Sequence record: AP019559 | DNA length: 64,000 nt | Strand: one strand, 5' to 3' | Origin: Escherichia phage SP15 | In this document: positions 9,256 to 18,454 of the stretch, one piece after another | Layout: the number at the start of each line of letters is the position of its first letter | Numbering within the stretch: the stretch's first letter is position 1 | Notes under the pieces: generated by a model | The model's database searches: none | What the model saw: the letters and a program-made list of their open reading frames with translations, nothing else | What the model was told of the DNA's origin: nothing | Position numbers and translations under genes: made by a program

Positions 9256-9440
9256 AGTGTTTCTCACTTCCATTCTTAAATGAGAATCATTATCATTCGC
9301 ATTCCACTGTCTAACCGATAATCATTTCACTTTTTGAATAGTTCTCATTTCACTTCTTAAATGAGAATCATTATCATTCGCATTCCACTTCTTAAATGAT
9401 AATGATTCTCATTCAAAGTCGCAGGGCAATTGCCCTGCGC
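9256..9440. repeat. nested direct and inverted repeats ending in the perfect 18-bp palindrome GCAGGGCAATTGCCCTGC (9421-9438)
   Basis: 34-bp unit CTTAAATGAGAATCATTATCATTCGCATTCCACT at 9275-9308 and 9356-9389; inverted copy AATGATAATGATTCTCATT at 9395-9413. Confidence 0.75.
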
Positions 9441-9444
9441 TTTT

Positions 9445-10045
9445 GTGCAAATCCGACATTTGCCCCCATGGATTACGCGTGGGCATGTATGTGCAAATCC
9501 GACAATTTTTGGTAGTGTGCAAATCCGACCCGAAAAATTTTTATAGTGTGCAAATCCGACAATGAATTTTCCCAAAAACTCCAGCAATCACGAACTGCGT
9601 TCGAATCCTGTGGAATTAGCTAGAATATGTGCAAATCCGACATGTGTTGAGGTGTGCGAATCCGACAAGATTTTTATGACTTCGATGAGAAGGTGTGTGA
9701 TTGTATAGGTTTGAGGAAAAGATGAGAGAGCGAGAGAAATTTTGGGGCTAGAAGGATGTGGGCGCAGGATTGGTGCGGAGCACCTGATTTGCAGGTATTT
9801 TGGGGGAGAGTTGAGATAATTTGGGAAGATTTGAGATAGGTGCAGAAAAAGTAAAATTTTATTAGCTAAATGGGGCAAAATAGCTTGACAAGTGAAAATT
9901 CTTGTGGCTCTAAAAACTCAGGCAATCACGGGCCTTCGGCCCGAAATAATGCTGCTATTTTCAGGAGAGTAAGAGTTCCTAAAAACTTAGGCGTTTGTGC
10001 AAATCCGACCATAAATTTCTAGAAACACAATGTGCAAATCCGACA
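9445..10045. repeat. array of eight GTGCAAATCCGAC(A/C) 14-mers, irregularly spaced
   Basis: Copies at 9445, 9491, 9527, 9548, 9629, 9654 (one mismatch), 10007, 10032; a ninth copy inside a CDS at 11823. Confidence 0.8.
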
Positions 10046-10201
10046 GTAAAATCCAGAAATGTGTTTTCAAAAAATGTCTCCTAGAAATAACCGCCCTCCC
10101 TATAACCGCCCTATATTAACCGCCTATTGCTAGAGTTTCTAGGAACAATGAAAACCGCCTGAGTTGACTAGAGTTTTCCTAGAAACTTAGGAGTCTAGAA
10201 G
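10017..10201. repeat. TCTAGAAA-type palindromic motifs and four AACCGCC(C)T direct repeats
   Basis: TTTCTAGAAAC at 10017, CCTAGAAAT at 10081, AGTTTCTAGG at 10133, TTCCTAGAAAC at 10185; AACCGCC at about 10089, 10104, 10119, 10152. Confidence 0.6.
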
Positions 10202-10510
10202 AAAGTGTTGTGCCATCCTAGTAGATGAGCGGCAACAGGTGTATCATCTTGAACACAGATATTGCCTTTAAAAATATTTAAATAATATAAAGAAAAAGAG
10301 ACCCCCAATTTCATGAGAATCTCTCCTGGGGGCGCGTGATTAATTACGTGAGTACTCATGCCGTCATACCGCTGTTGCTAGGCCGCAAGCTATACGAGAC
10401 ATTCGTGTAATAATCATCGCCCCTAGAGTTAATCAACTAGAGTAGTTGTTAATCTATGAGATTATTATAACATGTTTGGGTATGAGAATGCAAGAACTTT
10501 TTGTTAACTT

Positions 10511-11224
10511 TTATTCCTCCTTCTTGGATTTGAGTTTGATGCCTAAGGATGCGAAGTAGATATAAGTTGCTAAATAGGAAGCAGTGGATCCTGTATCATC
10601 GTAATCCATAGTTCCACGAGCTGCTCTAGTATATTCAGGAGCATAGTTTAATATCGTGTAACTTGGCATTCCTAGCGACTTACATAGTTCTTTAAATGTA
10701 TCTTCGTATTTATGGCACATGAAATGCACAGCATTTTCTAATGGCGTTAACTCTAGATCTTTATGGAGAGCTACAGTCAAACTCGCTAGCATTGTGCCAA
10801 TCCCACGATAAACTTCATCTTTAACTAGAGTTGGTTTCTCTTTTTCTAGTGGAGGAAGGTGGGCATATTTCCCATGTTTGAAAGGGATAAGATCTTCGCT
10901 AGCTAATGCTTCTTTAAATGATGCTTCCTTAAATCTTGGGAGATCTTCATCGATTAGGATATGAATAGCATTAGAGGAGAAACCTTTTGCTTCAGGATCT
11001 AAAGCTTTCAACGCTTTATTCACTTCTACATATGAGCCTGACCAAACTACTTGTTTTGCATCTCGATCATACTTGATCTTACCTTTATCCCACCTAGCAG
11101 GATAATGATCTCCTAAAAACATTACTGCATATTTTTCTTCCTCAGTTAGCTGGGAAAGACTCTTTTGTGTAGCACCACGCGCTAACTGAATGAGACGTTT
11201 TAATTTTTCAGCTTCTTTAATCAT
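10511..11224 (-). CDS. hypothetical protein, possible GNAT-type acetyltransferase
   Basis: 237-aa ORF; 'VYRGIGTML' resembles a GNAT acetyl-CoA binding motif; weak. Confidence 0.45.
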   Translation of the reverse strand: MIKEAEKLKRLIQLARGATQKSLSQLTEEEKYAVMFLGDHYPARWDKGKIKYDRDAKQVVWSGSYVEVNKALKALDPEAKGFSSNAIHILIDEDLPRFKEASFKEALASEDLIPFKHGKYAHLPPLEKEKPTLVKDEVYRGIGTMLASLTVALHKDLELTPLENAVHFMCHKYEDTFKELCKSLGMPSYTILNYAPEYTRAARGTMDYDDTGSTASYLATYIYFASLGIKLKSKKEE

Positions 11225-11568
11225 ATATCAGACGCTTGCTCCCCTGTTTCTTTCTTTTCTGTCTTAGGTTTTCTTGCAACTTCTCCAAAGGTTCCTTTGG
11301 TTCTTTCTTTAGCTGGAAGATCTACTTTATACCATAGGATTCCTAATTGTTGCGCTAAATGGGCTATATTCTTTGGTGTTATACTTGGAACATCTTCCCT
11401 ATCAGAAACTTTAGAAATTATATCAAGTAACTCTCCTATTTTTGGCTTACTAGTAGTTATTAGAATATATTCTAATGTTTCTATTTCTACATTTTCATCT
11501 TTATAGTAAAGACTAAGAGTAATTAAATCGTCACCAGCAGAAGTTATTTTTGTTTTACCAAATATCAT
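11221..11568 (-). CDS. hypothetical protein
   Basis: 115-aa ORF, 4-nt overlap with the downstream gene. Confidence 0.5.
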   Translation of the reverse strand: MIFGKTKITSAGDDLITLSLYYKDENVEIETLEYILITTSKPKIGELLDIISKVSDREDVPSITPKNIAHLAQQLGILWYKVDLPAKERTKGTFGEVARKPKTEKKETGEQASDI

Positions 11569-12173
11569 TAACTACCTCTCTTATCTTCATTAAGAGCAGC
11601 TCCCAACGCTTCAAGGATAGTATCATTTATACTCCCAGGCCTAAGATTATTAAAGTGAGTAACATAGATGGGACTTCTAAAACCCTCAGCATCCGCAGGT
11701 GCTACGCTTCGCATATCAGATTCAAAAGCTTCTTGAGTATGTTGCAACTGTACAGAAGGGCCGTAATCTTCACCAACTCGATATGAGGAATTATTTTCTA
11801 TAACGCCACCACATGGAACATTGTGCAAATCCGACGTTATTTTAGGATTAAATGCGATACCACTTTTGGTCCAGGAACCTCCAACAGTCACAGGAGTACT
11901 AGGGCGGTTCACCTCAGTCTTTACGAGTTTATAACCAGCATCTATTAATGCGTTAATAAGGTTATCAGCTGGAATCCGAGCCTTGCCAAAGATCTTACGA
12001 GCTTCTTTTAATTTATGCTCAAGATCTTTACAGGCTTTAATATCAGTGTGCGCAAAGGTTAATTTCATAGATTTGAACTGTACAGTGGCAGTTAAGTCTT
12101 TAAAATCATAATCCCATGTATTTAATTCATGGTCTGGTACTACTTGAACAGGTTGTTGTGCATATAAAGTCAT
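11568..12173 (-). CDS. hypothetical protein
   Basis: 201-aa ORF; contains one copy of the 14-mer repeat at 11823-11836. Confidence 0.55.
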   Translation of the reverse strand: MTLYAQQPVQVVPDHELNTWDYDFKDLTATVQFKSMKLTFAHTDIKACKDLEHKLKEARKIFGKARIPADNLINALIDAGYKLVKTEVNRPSTPVTVGGSWTKSGIAFNPKITSDLHNVPCGGVIENNSSYRVGEDYGPSVQLQHTQEAFESDMRSVAPADAEGFRSPIYVTHFNNLRPGSINDTILEALGAALNEDKRGS

Positions 12174-12358
12174 TACTTATTCTCCAATTTGTCTAGTAGC
12201 TTGTGCGCTGCTATGTTATATTGTTTAAGTTCACGATTAAGGATTTGGTTTTCACACTTTAGCTCTAGATTCTTATTATTAAGAATATTGCAGATCAGTA
12301 GAAGTGCTAATATAACTAGCAAGGAACCTACGAGCATTAAAAGAAAAAGAGTTTCCAT
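12173..12358 (-). CDS. small membrane protein
   Basis: 61 aa, N-terminal hydrophobic helix then charged tail. Confidence 0.5.
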   Translation of the reverse strand: METLFLLMLVGSLLVILALLLICNILNNKNLELKCENQILNRELKQYNIAAHKLLDKLENK

Positions 12359-12591
12359 TATTTAACTCCCATGTAACGTTTGAGATATATGATGAAGTCT
12401 TCTGCTGTATGCTCTACGCTACCTTGAGCTACAAATAGTTTGAGGGCTTCACGTTGTAGTTTAAGAGCAGCCAACTCACCACGTAATTTTATTAGATCTT
12501 CTGCTAGTTCTTTAGCTCTGCGCATAATAGCAAATGATACAAATGTTACAATAAATAACATAACTGCTAAAATAATTACTATGATCTCCAT
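12358..12591 (-). CDS. small membrane protein
   Basis: 77 aa, N-terminal transmembrane helix and amphipathic helix. Confidence 0.5.
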   Translation of the reverse strand: MEIIVIILAVMLFIVTFVSFAIMRRAKELAEDLIKLRGELAALKLQREALKLFVAQGSVEHTAEDFIIYLKRYMGVK

Positions 12592-12869
12592 ATTAACATC
12601 CAGCTCTTATCATATATTTGGGCATGTTCTACTAATTCATTTATCGATGTAGAATTATCGTAGATACCCTCTAGTAAACGTTTTCTGTCAAATTTATCAA
12701 CCAAATACTCTGTGCCATTTATCACTACCCTATACAGCTCTGGAACTAAGGGGTGTTTGTTTGGTATTGGGCGACTACCTAAGTCTATTTCATTATATCC
12801 CCACGTTGTTTTAAATAGTTTGTTGCTAAGTGCTGCTAGTGGGTTTGACCATACAATATAGCTACTCAC
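12579..12869 (-). CDS. hypothetical protein
   Basis: 96-aa ORF co-oriented. Confidence 0.5.
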   Translation of the reverse strand: MSSYIVWSNPLAALSNKLFKTTWGYNEIDLGSRPIPNKHPLVPELYRVVINGTEYLVDKFDRKRLLEGIYDNSTSINELVEHAQIYDKSWMLIWRS

Positions 12870-13308
12870 TACTTATCTCCATTCTTAGCTTTGAAAACTT
12901 ATTATACCAAATTATATGATTATCGTCAATTACAAATTTATGGTAACATGCTGGTACGGTATAAGTTCCATAATCCGTGACACGCTGCACAACCTTGTGT
13001 GCACACAGTCGACAACCATGCCCTTCTAAATGAGATCTAGCAGTTTGCCAGTAATAACCATCGTGATCTGGACAATAGATCTCGACTTGCTGTTGCATTG
13101 TCTTATAATTTACACGCTCATATCCGAAGAAAGCCCCGTGAGCTGCAACGGCTTTCTTGATAAATATAAGGTTTAGTGCTTCTTGCTGGAAGTCGGGATG
13201 TAGCTGCTTAATCTTAGTTCTATTAATAGATCCATCCGATTTAATGAACCTATTTATTGGAAAGTTGTTAGCTTCCTCGATTAATAATTCATTTACTTTC
13301 TCTCTCAT
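12862..13308 (-). CDS. hypothetical Cys/His-rich protein
   Basis: Track ORF 12862..13410 trimmed to the ATG at 13308 (stop-start TAAtATG coupling with the upstream gene); 'CPDHDG...HGCRLC'. Confidence 0.45.
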   Translation of the reverse strand: MREKVNELLIEEANNFPINRFIKSDGSINRTKIKQLHPDFQQEALNLIFIKKAVAAHGAFFGYERVNYKTMQQQVEIYCPDHDGYYWQTARSHLEGHGCRLCAHKVVQRVTDYGTYTVPACYHKFVIDDNHIIWYNKFSKLRMEISSE

Positions 13309-13309
13309 A

Positions 13310-13588
13310 TTAAATAGTCTCACAGTTAAGGTAGAAACATTCGTAAGCATCTCCAGTAAACTCTTTATCTTGTAGTAAACACTTAGCTTGGTCTTCCGGT
13401 ACTCCAGCATCTAATAATTGTTGTTTACTTGGCTTTTCAGCGAATACTTTTACAAAATACTCACCATCCTGATTATACTCATTTATATCTCTGGTAAGGA
13501 CATATACTTGCATTTGAAGTTCCTTGAAAACATAAAAGGCCAGAACAATTAAGTCCTGGCCTCTAGAATTAATGAAGTTGTTTACCAC
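13310..13588 (-). CDS. hypothetical protein
   Basis: 92-aa ORF. Confidence 0.5.
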   Translation of the reverse strand: MVNNFINSRGQDLIVLAFYVFKELQMQVYVLTRDINEYNQDGEYFVKVFAEKPSKQQLLDAGVPEDQAKCLLQDKEFTGDAYECFYLNCETI

Positions 13589-13940
13589 TTCGTAACATAG
13601 TGGCTGTTTCCATAAGACCTAGCGTAGCATCACGCTTATTGATCTGTTTACCAAGTTCATCGGTACGTTTACCAATGTAAGCGTTAATAGCCATATTCAT
13701 AGCTGTAGCGAGATCTTCTTTGGTTATCTCTTCATCGTCTAAGGCTAATTTAGCCAAAGAATCAAATGTGCTAGAGAGTCCTATAAGATCTGAGGTTTCT
13801 CCAGCCAGAATAGGATTAATATTATCTACTGTTACTTCTAGCATGGAGTTAACAATATCTTCACCATCTATTAGACCAGATTCAATATTACTCTCCCACT
13901 CCTTCATCTGCTCCAATAATGGATTTTTCTTTTCTGTCAT
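13569..13940 (-). CDS. hypothetical protein
   Basis: Track ORF 13569..14006; ATG at 13940 with AGGAAA upstream preferred; start uncertain. Confidence 0.45.
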   Translation of the reverse strand: MTEKKNPLLEQMKEWESNIESGLIDGEDIVNSMLEVTVDNINPILAGETSDLIGLSSTFDSLAKLALDDEEITKEDLATAMNMAINAYIGKRTDELGKQINKRDATLGLMETATMLRSGKQLH

Positions 13941-14349
13941 GGTAGAGGTTTCCTGTGTCAGTCGGTAAGAAGGATGATTGAGCTTTAGGCGGATGTTGTT
14001 TAGCAATCCAGCTAAGAATCAGTACACGACTAGGAACAATATCAGTGTTGTACCAGAAATCATGAACCCATTGACGAGCATTCTCAAACTTACCAAATTT
14101 ATATGCTTTCTTAAACAATTCAAACCCAAAACAATCTGGTGTAAAGTCTACTTCACGATATTGAACTACTTTAGAACCAGTTAGGTCTTGGATCGCTGCA
14201 TTAATTTCTGTATGCGAGAATTTTGTTTCGTGAAACTTATTAAAGAATCGGTAGTTGAAGCGTCCGTTCGTTTCGACAAACAACTGGATGAAAAGATCGT
14301 TAAATTGGTTATCAAACCAGTAATTCTGTAGTTGTTGTAGTGCTGTCAT
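13888..14349 (-). CDS. hypothetical protein
   Basis: 153-aa ORF, aromatic-rich. Confidence 0.5.
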   Translation of the reverse strand: MTALQQLQNYWFDNQFNDLFIQLFVETNGRFNYRFFNKFHETKFSHTEINAAIQDLTGSKVVQYREVDFTPDCFGFELFKKAYKFGKFENARQWVHDFWYNTDIVPSRVLILSWIAKQHPPKAQSSFLPTDTGNLYHDRKEKSIIGADEGVGE

Positions 14350-14546
14350 TTACGAACTCCGTTAATTGCCACGATGATGCCTTCATACATAAAAGGAAGT
14401 AGTTCAGAAGTGTAGAAGATATTTTCCGTTATTCCTAGATGTCGAAAAAGTATATTAAATAATGCTGTTAGAAATACAATCTGGGGCAGTAATACAAAAT
14501 ACTCAGTTACAATCTTTGGTGCCCGATAAACAAGACGTTTTATCAT
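14346..14546 (-). CDS. small membrane protein
   Basis: 66 aa, hydrophobic. Confidence 0.45.
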   Translation of the reverse strand: MIKRLVYRAPKIVTEYFVLLPQIVFLTALFNILFRHLGITENIFYTSELLPFMYEGIIVAINGVRK

Positions 14547-14645
14547 TGTTTTTAAGTCTCCTTATTACTTTGGCCTGCTCCACAATAATGAAAACTGCGA
14601 GCACTAATAGTGCTATTAGCCCCGCAGTAATTGGTACTAAATCAA

Positions 14646-14972
14646 TCATGGGAGACGCCATACGTAATTAGCTGTCTGTAGAACCTTAGGTGTGTCATCA
14701 TGATACATTACTACAGACTTTGGTGAATAGCTATCAGCTAGCTCTTTACGAATCATCTTACATTCTTCACCAGTATCGATATTTTTAACTATCACTTTCA
14801 TATTAAGAGGTGTTAATACAGAAAGCGGTTTCCAGAAGTCCTCAATCTCAATTCCTACCTTTTTCTCGATTACCATGAGGACTTCTAGTGTATCATCTGG
14901 AATACTAATATTATTATTCACAAACTGTAATATCTCATGTAAGGTATTTAATTCATTAAAATTAAGCTTCAT
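14646..14972 (-). CDS. hypothetical protein
   Basis: Track ORF 14646..15023 trimmed to the ATG at 14972 to reduce overlap. Confidence 0.45.
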   Translation of the reverse strand: MKLNFNELNTLHEILQFVNNNISIPDDTLEVLMVIEKKVGIEIEDFWKPLSVLTPLNMKVIVKNIDTGEECKMIRKELADSYSPKSVVMYHDDTPKVLQTANYVWRLP

Positions 14973-15207
14973 CTTTAAGAATATCCTCAACCATATCACA
15001 GGACTGTTGCAATTCGTCAGCAATGCGCTTAATATCGGTCTTCGTCACTCTACCGATTAACATCACCAGTAACATAGAAAGTATAATAAGTGGGACTGGA
15101 ATAACAAATAAAGCTACCTTAACAACATTCTTTGGCGTCCATGTGTGGTACTTGGTAACCAGTACACCAACCACAATTAGATAAAACGCTAGAATAAACA
15201 TCATCAT
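14962..15207 (-). CDS. membrane protein
   Basis: 81 aa with two hydrophobic helices. Confidence 0.5.
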   Translation of the reverse strand: MMMFILAFYLIVVGVLVTKYHTWTPKNVVKVALFVIPVPLIILSMLLVMLIGRVTKTDIKRIADELQQSCDMVEDILKDEA

Positions 15208-15485
15208 TTTTTAATCTCCGTAATTATCTGTGCACGCATTACTTTATTAGGTAATTTTGTATTCCCAGCTATTGCTTCAATATTATTTAGTTTTTCTTTT
15301 AGAATATCTGAGCGTCTCTGTGCTAGTTCAATATCTTGTTCTTGTTCTATTAAGCGGCAGTGAAGTCCACTATTAGTAGTAAGCATACTCTCTATATTTT
15401 TTCGCATGCTTACAATACCAATAATCCCGCCAATCGCTACTAGTGTAGTAAGAACTAGTAACCCAATAAGAATTTCAATCAACAT
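15204..15485 (-). CDS. membrane protein with coiled-coil tail
   Basis: 93 aa, N-terminal transmembrane helix. Confidence 0.5.
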   Translation of the reverse strand: MLIEILIGLLVLTTLVAIGGIIGIVSMRKNIESMLTTNSGLHCRLIEQEQDIELAQRRSDILKEKLNNIEAIAGNTKLPNKVMRAQIITEIKK

Positions 15486-15507
15486 TAATTATATACTCCC
15501 TTAGTCC

Positions 15508-15777
15508 TTATTTCTTACCTTTCAGTTGCTTAACTTCACGCTCAAAAGATGCTGCACGACGTTCGGCAGTCGCTTGATGCTCTTTAGCAAAACGAGCTTC
15601 CTGTTTTGCAAGGTTGAACGCCATAGCATTCTTATTCAGAGAATCATACATCTTTTTCATCGCCGGAATAGACATCTTCATGAGCTGACCCTCAAAACCC
15701 TGCATGTCGAGGAGAATTGCCAGAACGTTAGCCATTTCGTTTTTAGTCATGTTTTCCATTAGAATTTCCTCTCTCAT
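15508..15777 (-). CDS. hypothetical protein
   Basis: 89-aa ORF directly downstream of an early promoter. Confidence 0.55.
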   Translation of the reverse strand: MREEILMENMTKNEMANVLAILLDMQGFEGQLMKMSIPAMKKMYDSLNKNAMAFNLAKQEARFAKEHQATAERRAASFEREVKQLKGKK

Positions 15778-15791
15778 TAACTTATGAACTT

Positions 15792-15820
15792 ATTATACAG
15801 AATTTTAAGGCTTAAAGCAA
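15792..15820 (-). promoter_or_regulatory. T5-type early promoter (sigma70-like)
   Basis: On minus strand TTGCTT, 17-nt spacer, TATAAT, AT-rich upstream. Confidence 0.6.
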
Positions 15821-15837
15821 CTGAATTTTTTAATTAC

Positions 15838-16269
15838 TTACCAATCGTTAACAACGCCGGAGAACTCAGAAGCAAAAACTTTTTCAAATTTCTCTGCAAT
15901 TTCAGGATGATCTTTGCAGATCAGCTCAATACATGCTTCTGGAGTCATTCCTTCATCTTCAGGATCACCATAGTATTTATCCCAAAGATCATCGGGAATG
16001 ATATGCTCCGCCAAATCTTGGAAAGAGACTAACTGATAACGTTCTGCCTCCTCAGCGATAAGAATTTCGCATAGATCTTTATCTATATCGCTACGATAAT
16101 CCGCAATTAATAAGGCATTGCAAGCATGACACTCCCAAACCATCAAGCGTTCAGAAATAGGATTAGACTTATCCTGTACGTAAGACTGAAACAGGGTTCG
16201 GAAAGTTGCCTTAACTTGTTCAAACTTATCTGCTGCTGCGAAAACTAGAGCTTTATCAACTTTGTTCAT
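15838..16269 (-). CDS. hypothetical acidic protein
   Basis: 143-aa ORF. Confidence 0.55.
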   Translation of the reverse strand: MNKVDKALVFAAADKFEQVKATFRTLFQSYVQDKSNPISERLMVWECHACNALLIADYRSDIDKDLCEILIAEEAERYQLVSFQDLAEHIIPDDLWDKYYGDPEDEGMTPEACIELICKDHPEIAEKFEKVFASEFSGVVNDW

Positions 16270-16299
16270 TTTGATTCCTTCTCATCAATTTATACAGTA

Positions 16300-16328
16300 A
16301 TTATACAGAAACTTAAGCATTTTAGCAA
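16300..16328 (-). promoter_or_regulatory. T5-type early promoter
   Basis: Minus strand TTGCTA, 17 nt, TATAAT. Confidence 0.6.
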
Positions 16329-16436
16329 ATAAAACTTTTAATTAAAATGCCTAATCCTGTGCCAATAGCAATACAAATGATTATAAGTATTGCTATCGCC
16401 TGTATGATTCGTTTAATAATAACCTCAGCTATATAC

Positions 16437-17027
16437 TTAGACATTTATATCGCCACGCAATACAGCAGCTACGTCTTCTCCTATTTGTAATACCTCGCCG
16501 GTAGTACAATTAACCACTCTATCGTAACTAGTAAACTTACCAGACACAATATCCTCTAGTGGAATTGGAGTTCTACTCATTTCAAATGAGACATTAATAT
16601 AACGTGGGTCACGTAAAGAAGTAGTATGTACATGTCCGTGAATATTTAGTTTGCCACGAAGTTCATTGGGATGCAAAGGGCAGTGAGATAGCCAAAACTT
16701 TTTGCCACCTCCAGTCTGTTTGCCTAGAGCTTGAATATCGTCATAAACTTCCGCTAAGTCCCTAATACTCAGTCCTTGACGCTCCGCATCATGATTACCC
16801 ATAATGAGTTGATTAGGGACATTGTGGATAACCGACTTTAATTTGGCCAGACCTTCACGACCTACTGCAATATCTCCTAGCAAAATAAGTTTTGTTCGTT
16901 TACCAATATGCTTGGACAAAGTATCTAGAATATACTCGTCGTGCTCTTTCATGTTCTTAAACCACGGACGGAAACGTAACGCTCCAGGGTGGTCTAGATG
17001 CAAGTCTGACCAGAATTTAACTTTCAT
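16437..17027 (-). CDS. calcineurin-like metallophosphoesterase
   Basis: Motifs 'DLHLDHPG', 'GDIAVG', 'GNHD'. Confidence 0.65.
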   Translation of the reverse strand: MKVKFWSDLHLDHPGALRFRPWFKNMKEHDEYILDTLSKHIGKRTKLILLGDIAVGREGLAKLKSVIHNVPNQLIMGNHDAERQGLSIRDLAEVYDDIQALGKQTGGGKKFWLSHCPLHPNELRGKLNIHGHVHTTSLRDPRYINVSFEMSRTPIPLEDIVSGKFTSYDRVVNCTTGEVLQIGEDVAAVLRGDINV

Positions 17028-17316
17028 TACTCTTTTCCTTATTCTGTATTAAACTATCAACCCAAGAGGTTAACACTTTGGTTTTAAACTCCTCGGGAGT
17101 CTCTCCTTCCTTAAGGTCTACCTCATTAAGGTAGGTAGTAAGCCTTGTTTCTATATCTATTTCAGTAGGAGAATTAAAACAAAAATTGACTGCTATTCCA
17201 GAATATATTACTCCGGTATCTCCTTTGACGAAAGCATTAACTAATGCCCTCCAACGAAGGGCATCAATACGCATTGCTCGTAATTCTTCTCGTACTTCTT
17301 TCATTCTATCATTCAT
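17017..17316 (-). CDS. hypothetical protein
   Basis: 99-aa ORF. Confidence 0.5.
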   Translation of the reverse strand: MNDRMKEVREELRAMRIDALRWRALVNAFVKGDTGVIYSGIAVNFCFNSPTEIDIETRLTTYLNEVDLKEGETPEEFKTKVLTSWVDSLIQNKEKSNES

Positions 17317-18191
17317 TAAAGAGTCCTCTGTACACCGCAGCTATTATTTTTGTCTGTGGTAAATGTGGTGATTTTGCCAGTTTCATCATTAACTTGCGCA
17401 ACCGTCAACTGCCCGTTGAAGACACCGCCAGTATCTAGGTAAACACGGTTTTTATAGAGAAGCGGGTAAGGTACTCCAGTATGCCCATGGAACACAAAGT
17501 CTACTCCACTAACTGGAGGTACTTCTACCATGTATTTTTCTTTAAATCCTGCATAACGCTGGAAATACGAGTGTTCCTCGCCATTTTTAGACAAATGGAA
17601 GCCTATTTCTTGGATTACATCTCGATCCCATAAGTATGGTTCAACATGGTATCCAGGATGGTCATGCGGGTCTTCCTTAGCTGCTTCTACTTGTGCAATA
17701 AGGTTATCCCATACTGGGGTTTCTACTTCGTTACCACATTCTTTGTACGTAAAAGGTACACCACCATGAACAACACCATACTTCTTACCACGATGTCTAA
17801 CAGTTAGGAATACTGGCATTTTTTCAGCCATGTCTTCGGCAATATTTTTAATGGTATCTGCATCTAGCTCATTCATAGCCCACATACCACCGTTATACAT
17901 CCAATTAGCCCAATCTCCCACAATCATAAACTGGTCGTGGTTTCCACGAACGCTACAAAAACGTGGATTATATAAGAATTTAGCTAAAACTTGTAGGTTC
18001 TGCGTGCCTCGATCAATTAAATCCCCCACGCATATAACGCAATCTTTCTTGCCGTTATAGCCAGCTAATTGTAGGGCATCTTCTAGCAAATCATTGCATC
18101 CATGAATATCGCCAACAAAGAATAAGTTAACATCATCAGGTACTACTAGTGTTTTATGCACATTAAATTCTTTTTTCATAATTATTCCCAA
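17316..18191 (-). CDS. Ser/Thr protein phosphatase (PPP family, lambda-phosphatase-like)
   Basis: Motifs 'GDIHG', 'GDLIDRG', 'GNHD'. Confidence 0.8.
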   Translation of the reverse strand: MGIIMKKEFNVHKTLVVPDDVNLFFVGDIHGCNDLLEDALQLAGYNGKKDCVICVGDLIDRGTQNLQVLAKFLYNPRFCSVRGNHDQFMIVGDWANWMYNGGMWAMNELDADTIKNIAEDMAEKMPVFLTVRHRGKKYGVVHGGVPFTYKECGNEVETPVWDNLIAQVEAAKEDPHDHPGYHVEPYLWDRDVIQEIGFHLSKNGEEHSYFQRYAGFKEKYMVEVPPVSGVDFVFHGHTGVPYPLLYKNRVYLDTGGVFNGQLTVAQVNDETGKITTFTTDKNNSCGVQRTL

Positions 18192-18427
18192 ATAACATTT
18201 AAAATAGTTGTGCCATATTCATTAGATAGTTGGAGAGTATAACCCTCTTTATTGAGGGCTTTTATAGCTTCATAACTAATTTCGTCACGGTTAAACTGCA
18301 CATAAGAACCTCCAATCTCTACAGAAGATACTATCCTCCGCTTAACCCATCTATATGTTTTCTTTCGGCTCTTAAGGGACGCGGCTCTATTTATCCTAGC
18401 TAAACGTTTTGCTTGCTCTGCTAACAT
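18182..18427 (-). CDS. hypothetical protein
   Basis: 81-aa ORF. Confidence 0.5.
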   Translation of the reverse strand: MLAEQAKRLARINRAASLKSRKKTYRWVKRRIVSSVEIGGSYVQFNRDEISYEAIKALNKEGYTLQLSNEYGTTILNVIWE

Positions 18428-18454
18428 TTAATCCTCCTATCAATCTATACAAAT

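Noticed and set aside
9357-9878. Track ORFs 9357..9587 and 9588..9878 (-) in the repeat region
   Set aside because: They span palindromes and repeat units, use a TTG start, give low-complexity Pro/Ser-rich translations and lack RBSs.
9445-10045. Possible CRISPR array from the repeated 14-mer
   Set aside because: Repeats are only 14 bp, spacing is irregular (about 20 to 370 bp), there is no conserved repeat-spacer periodicity and no cas genes; better explained as protein-binding repeats.
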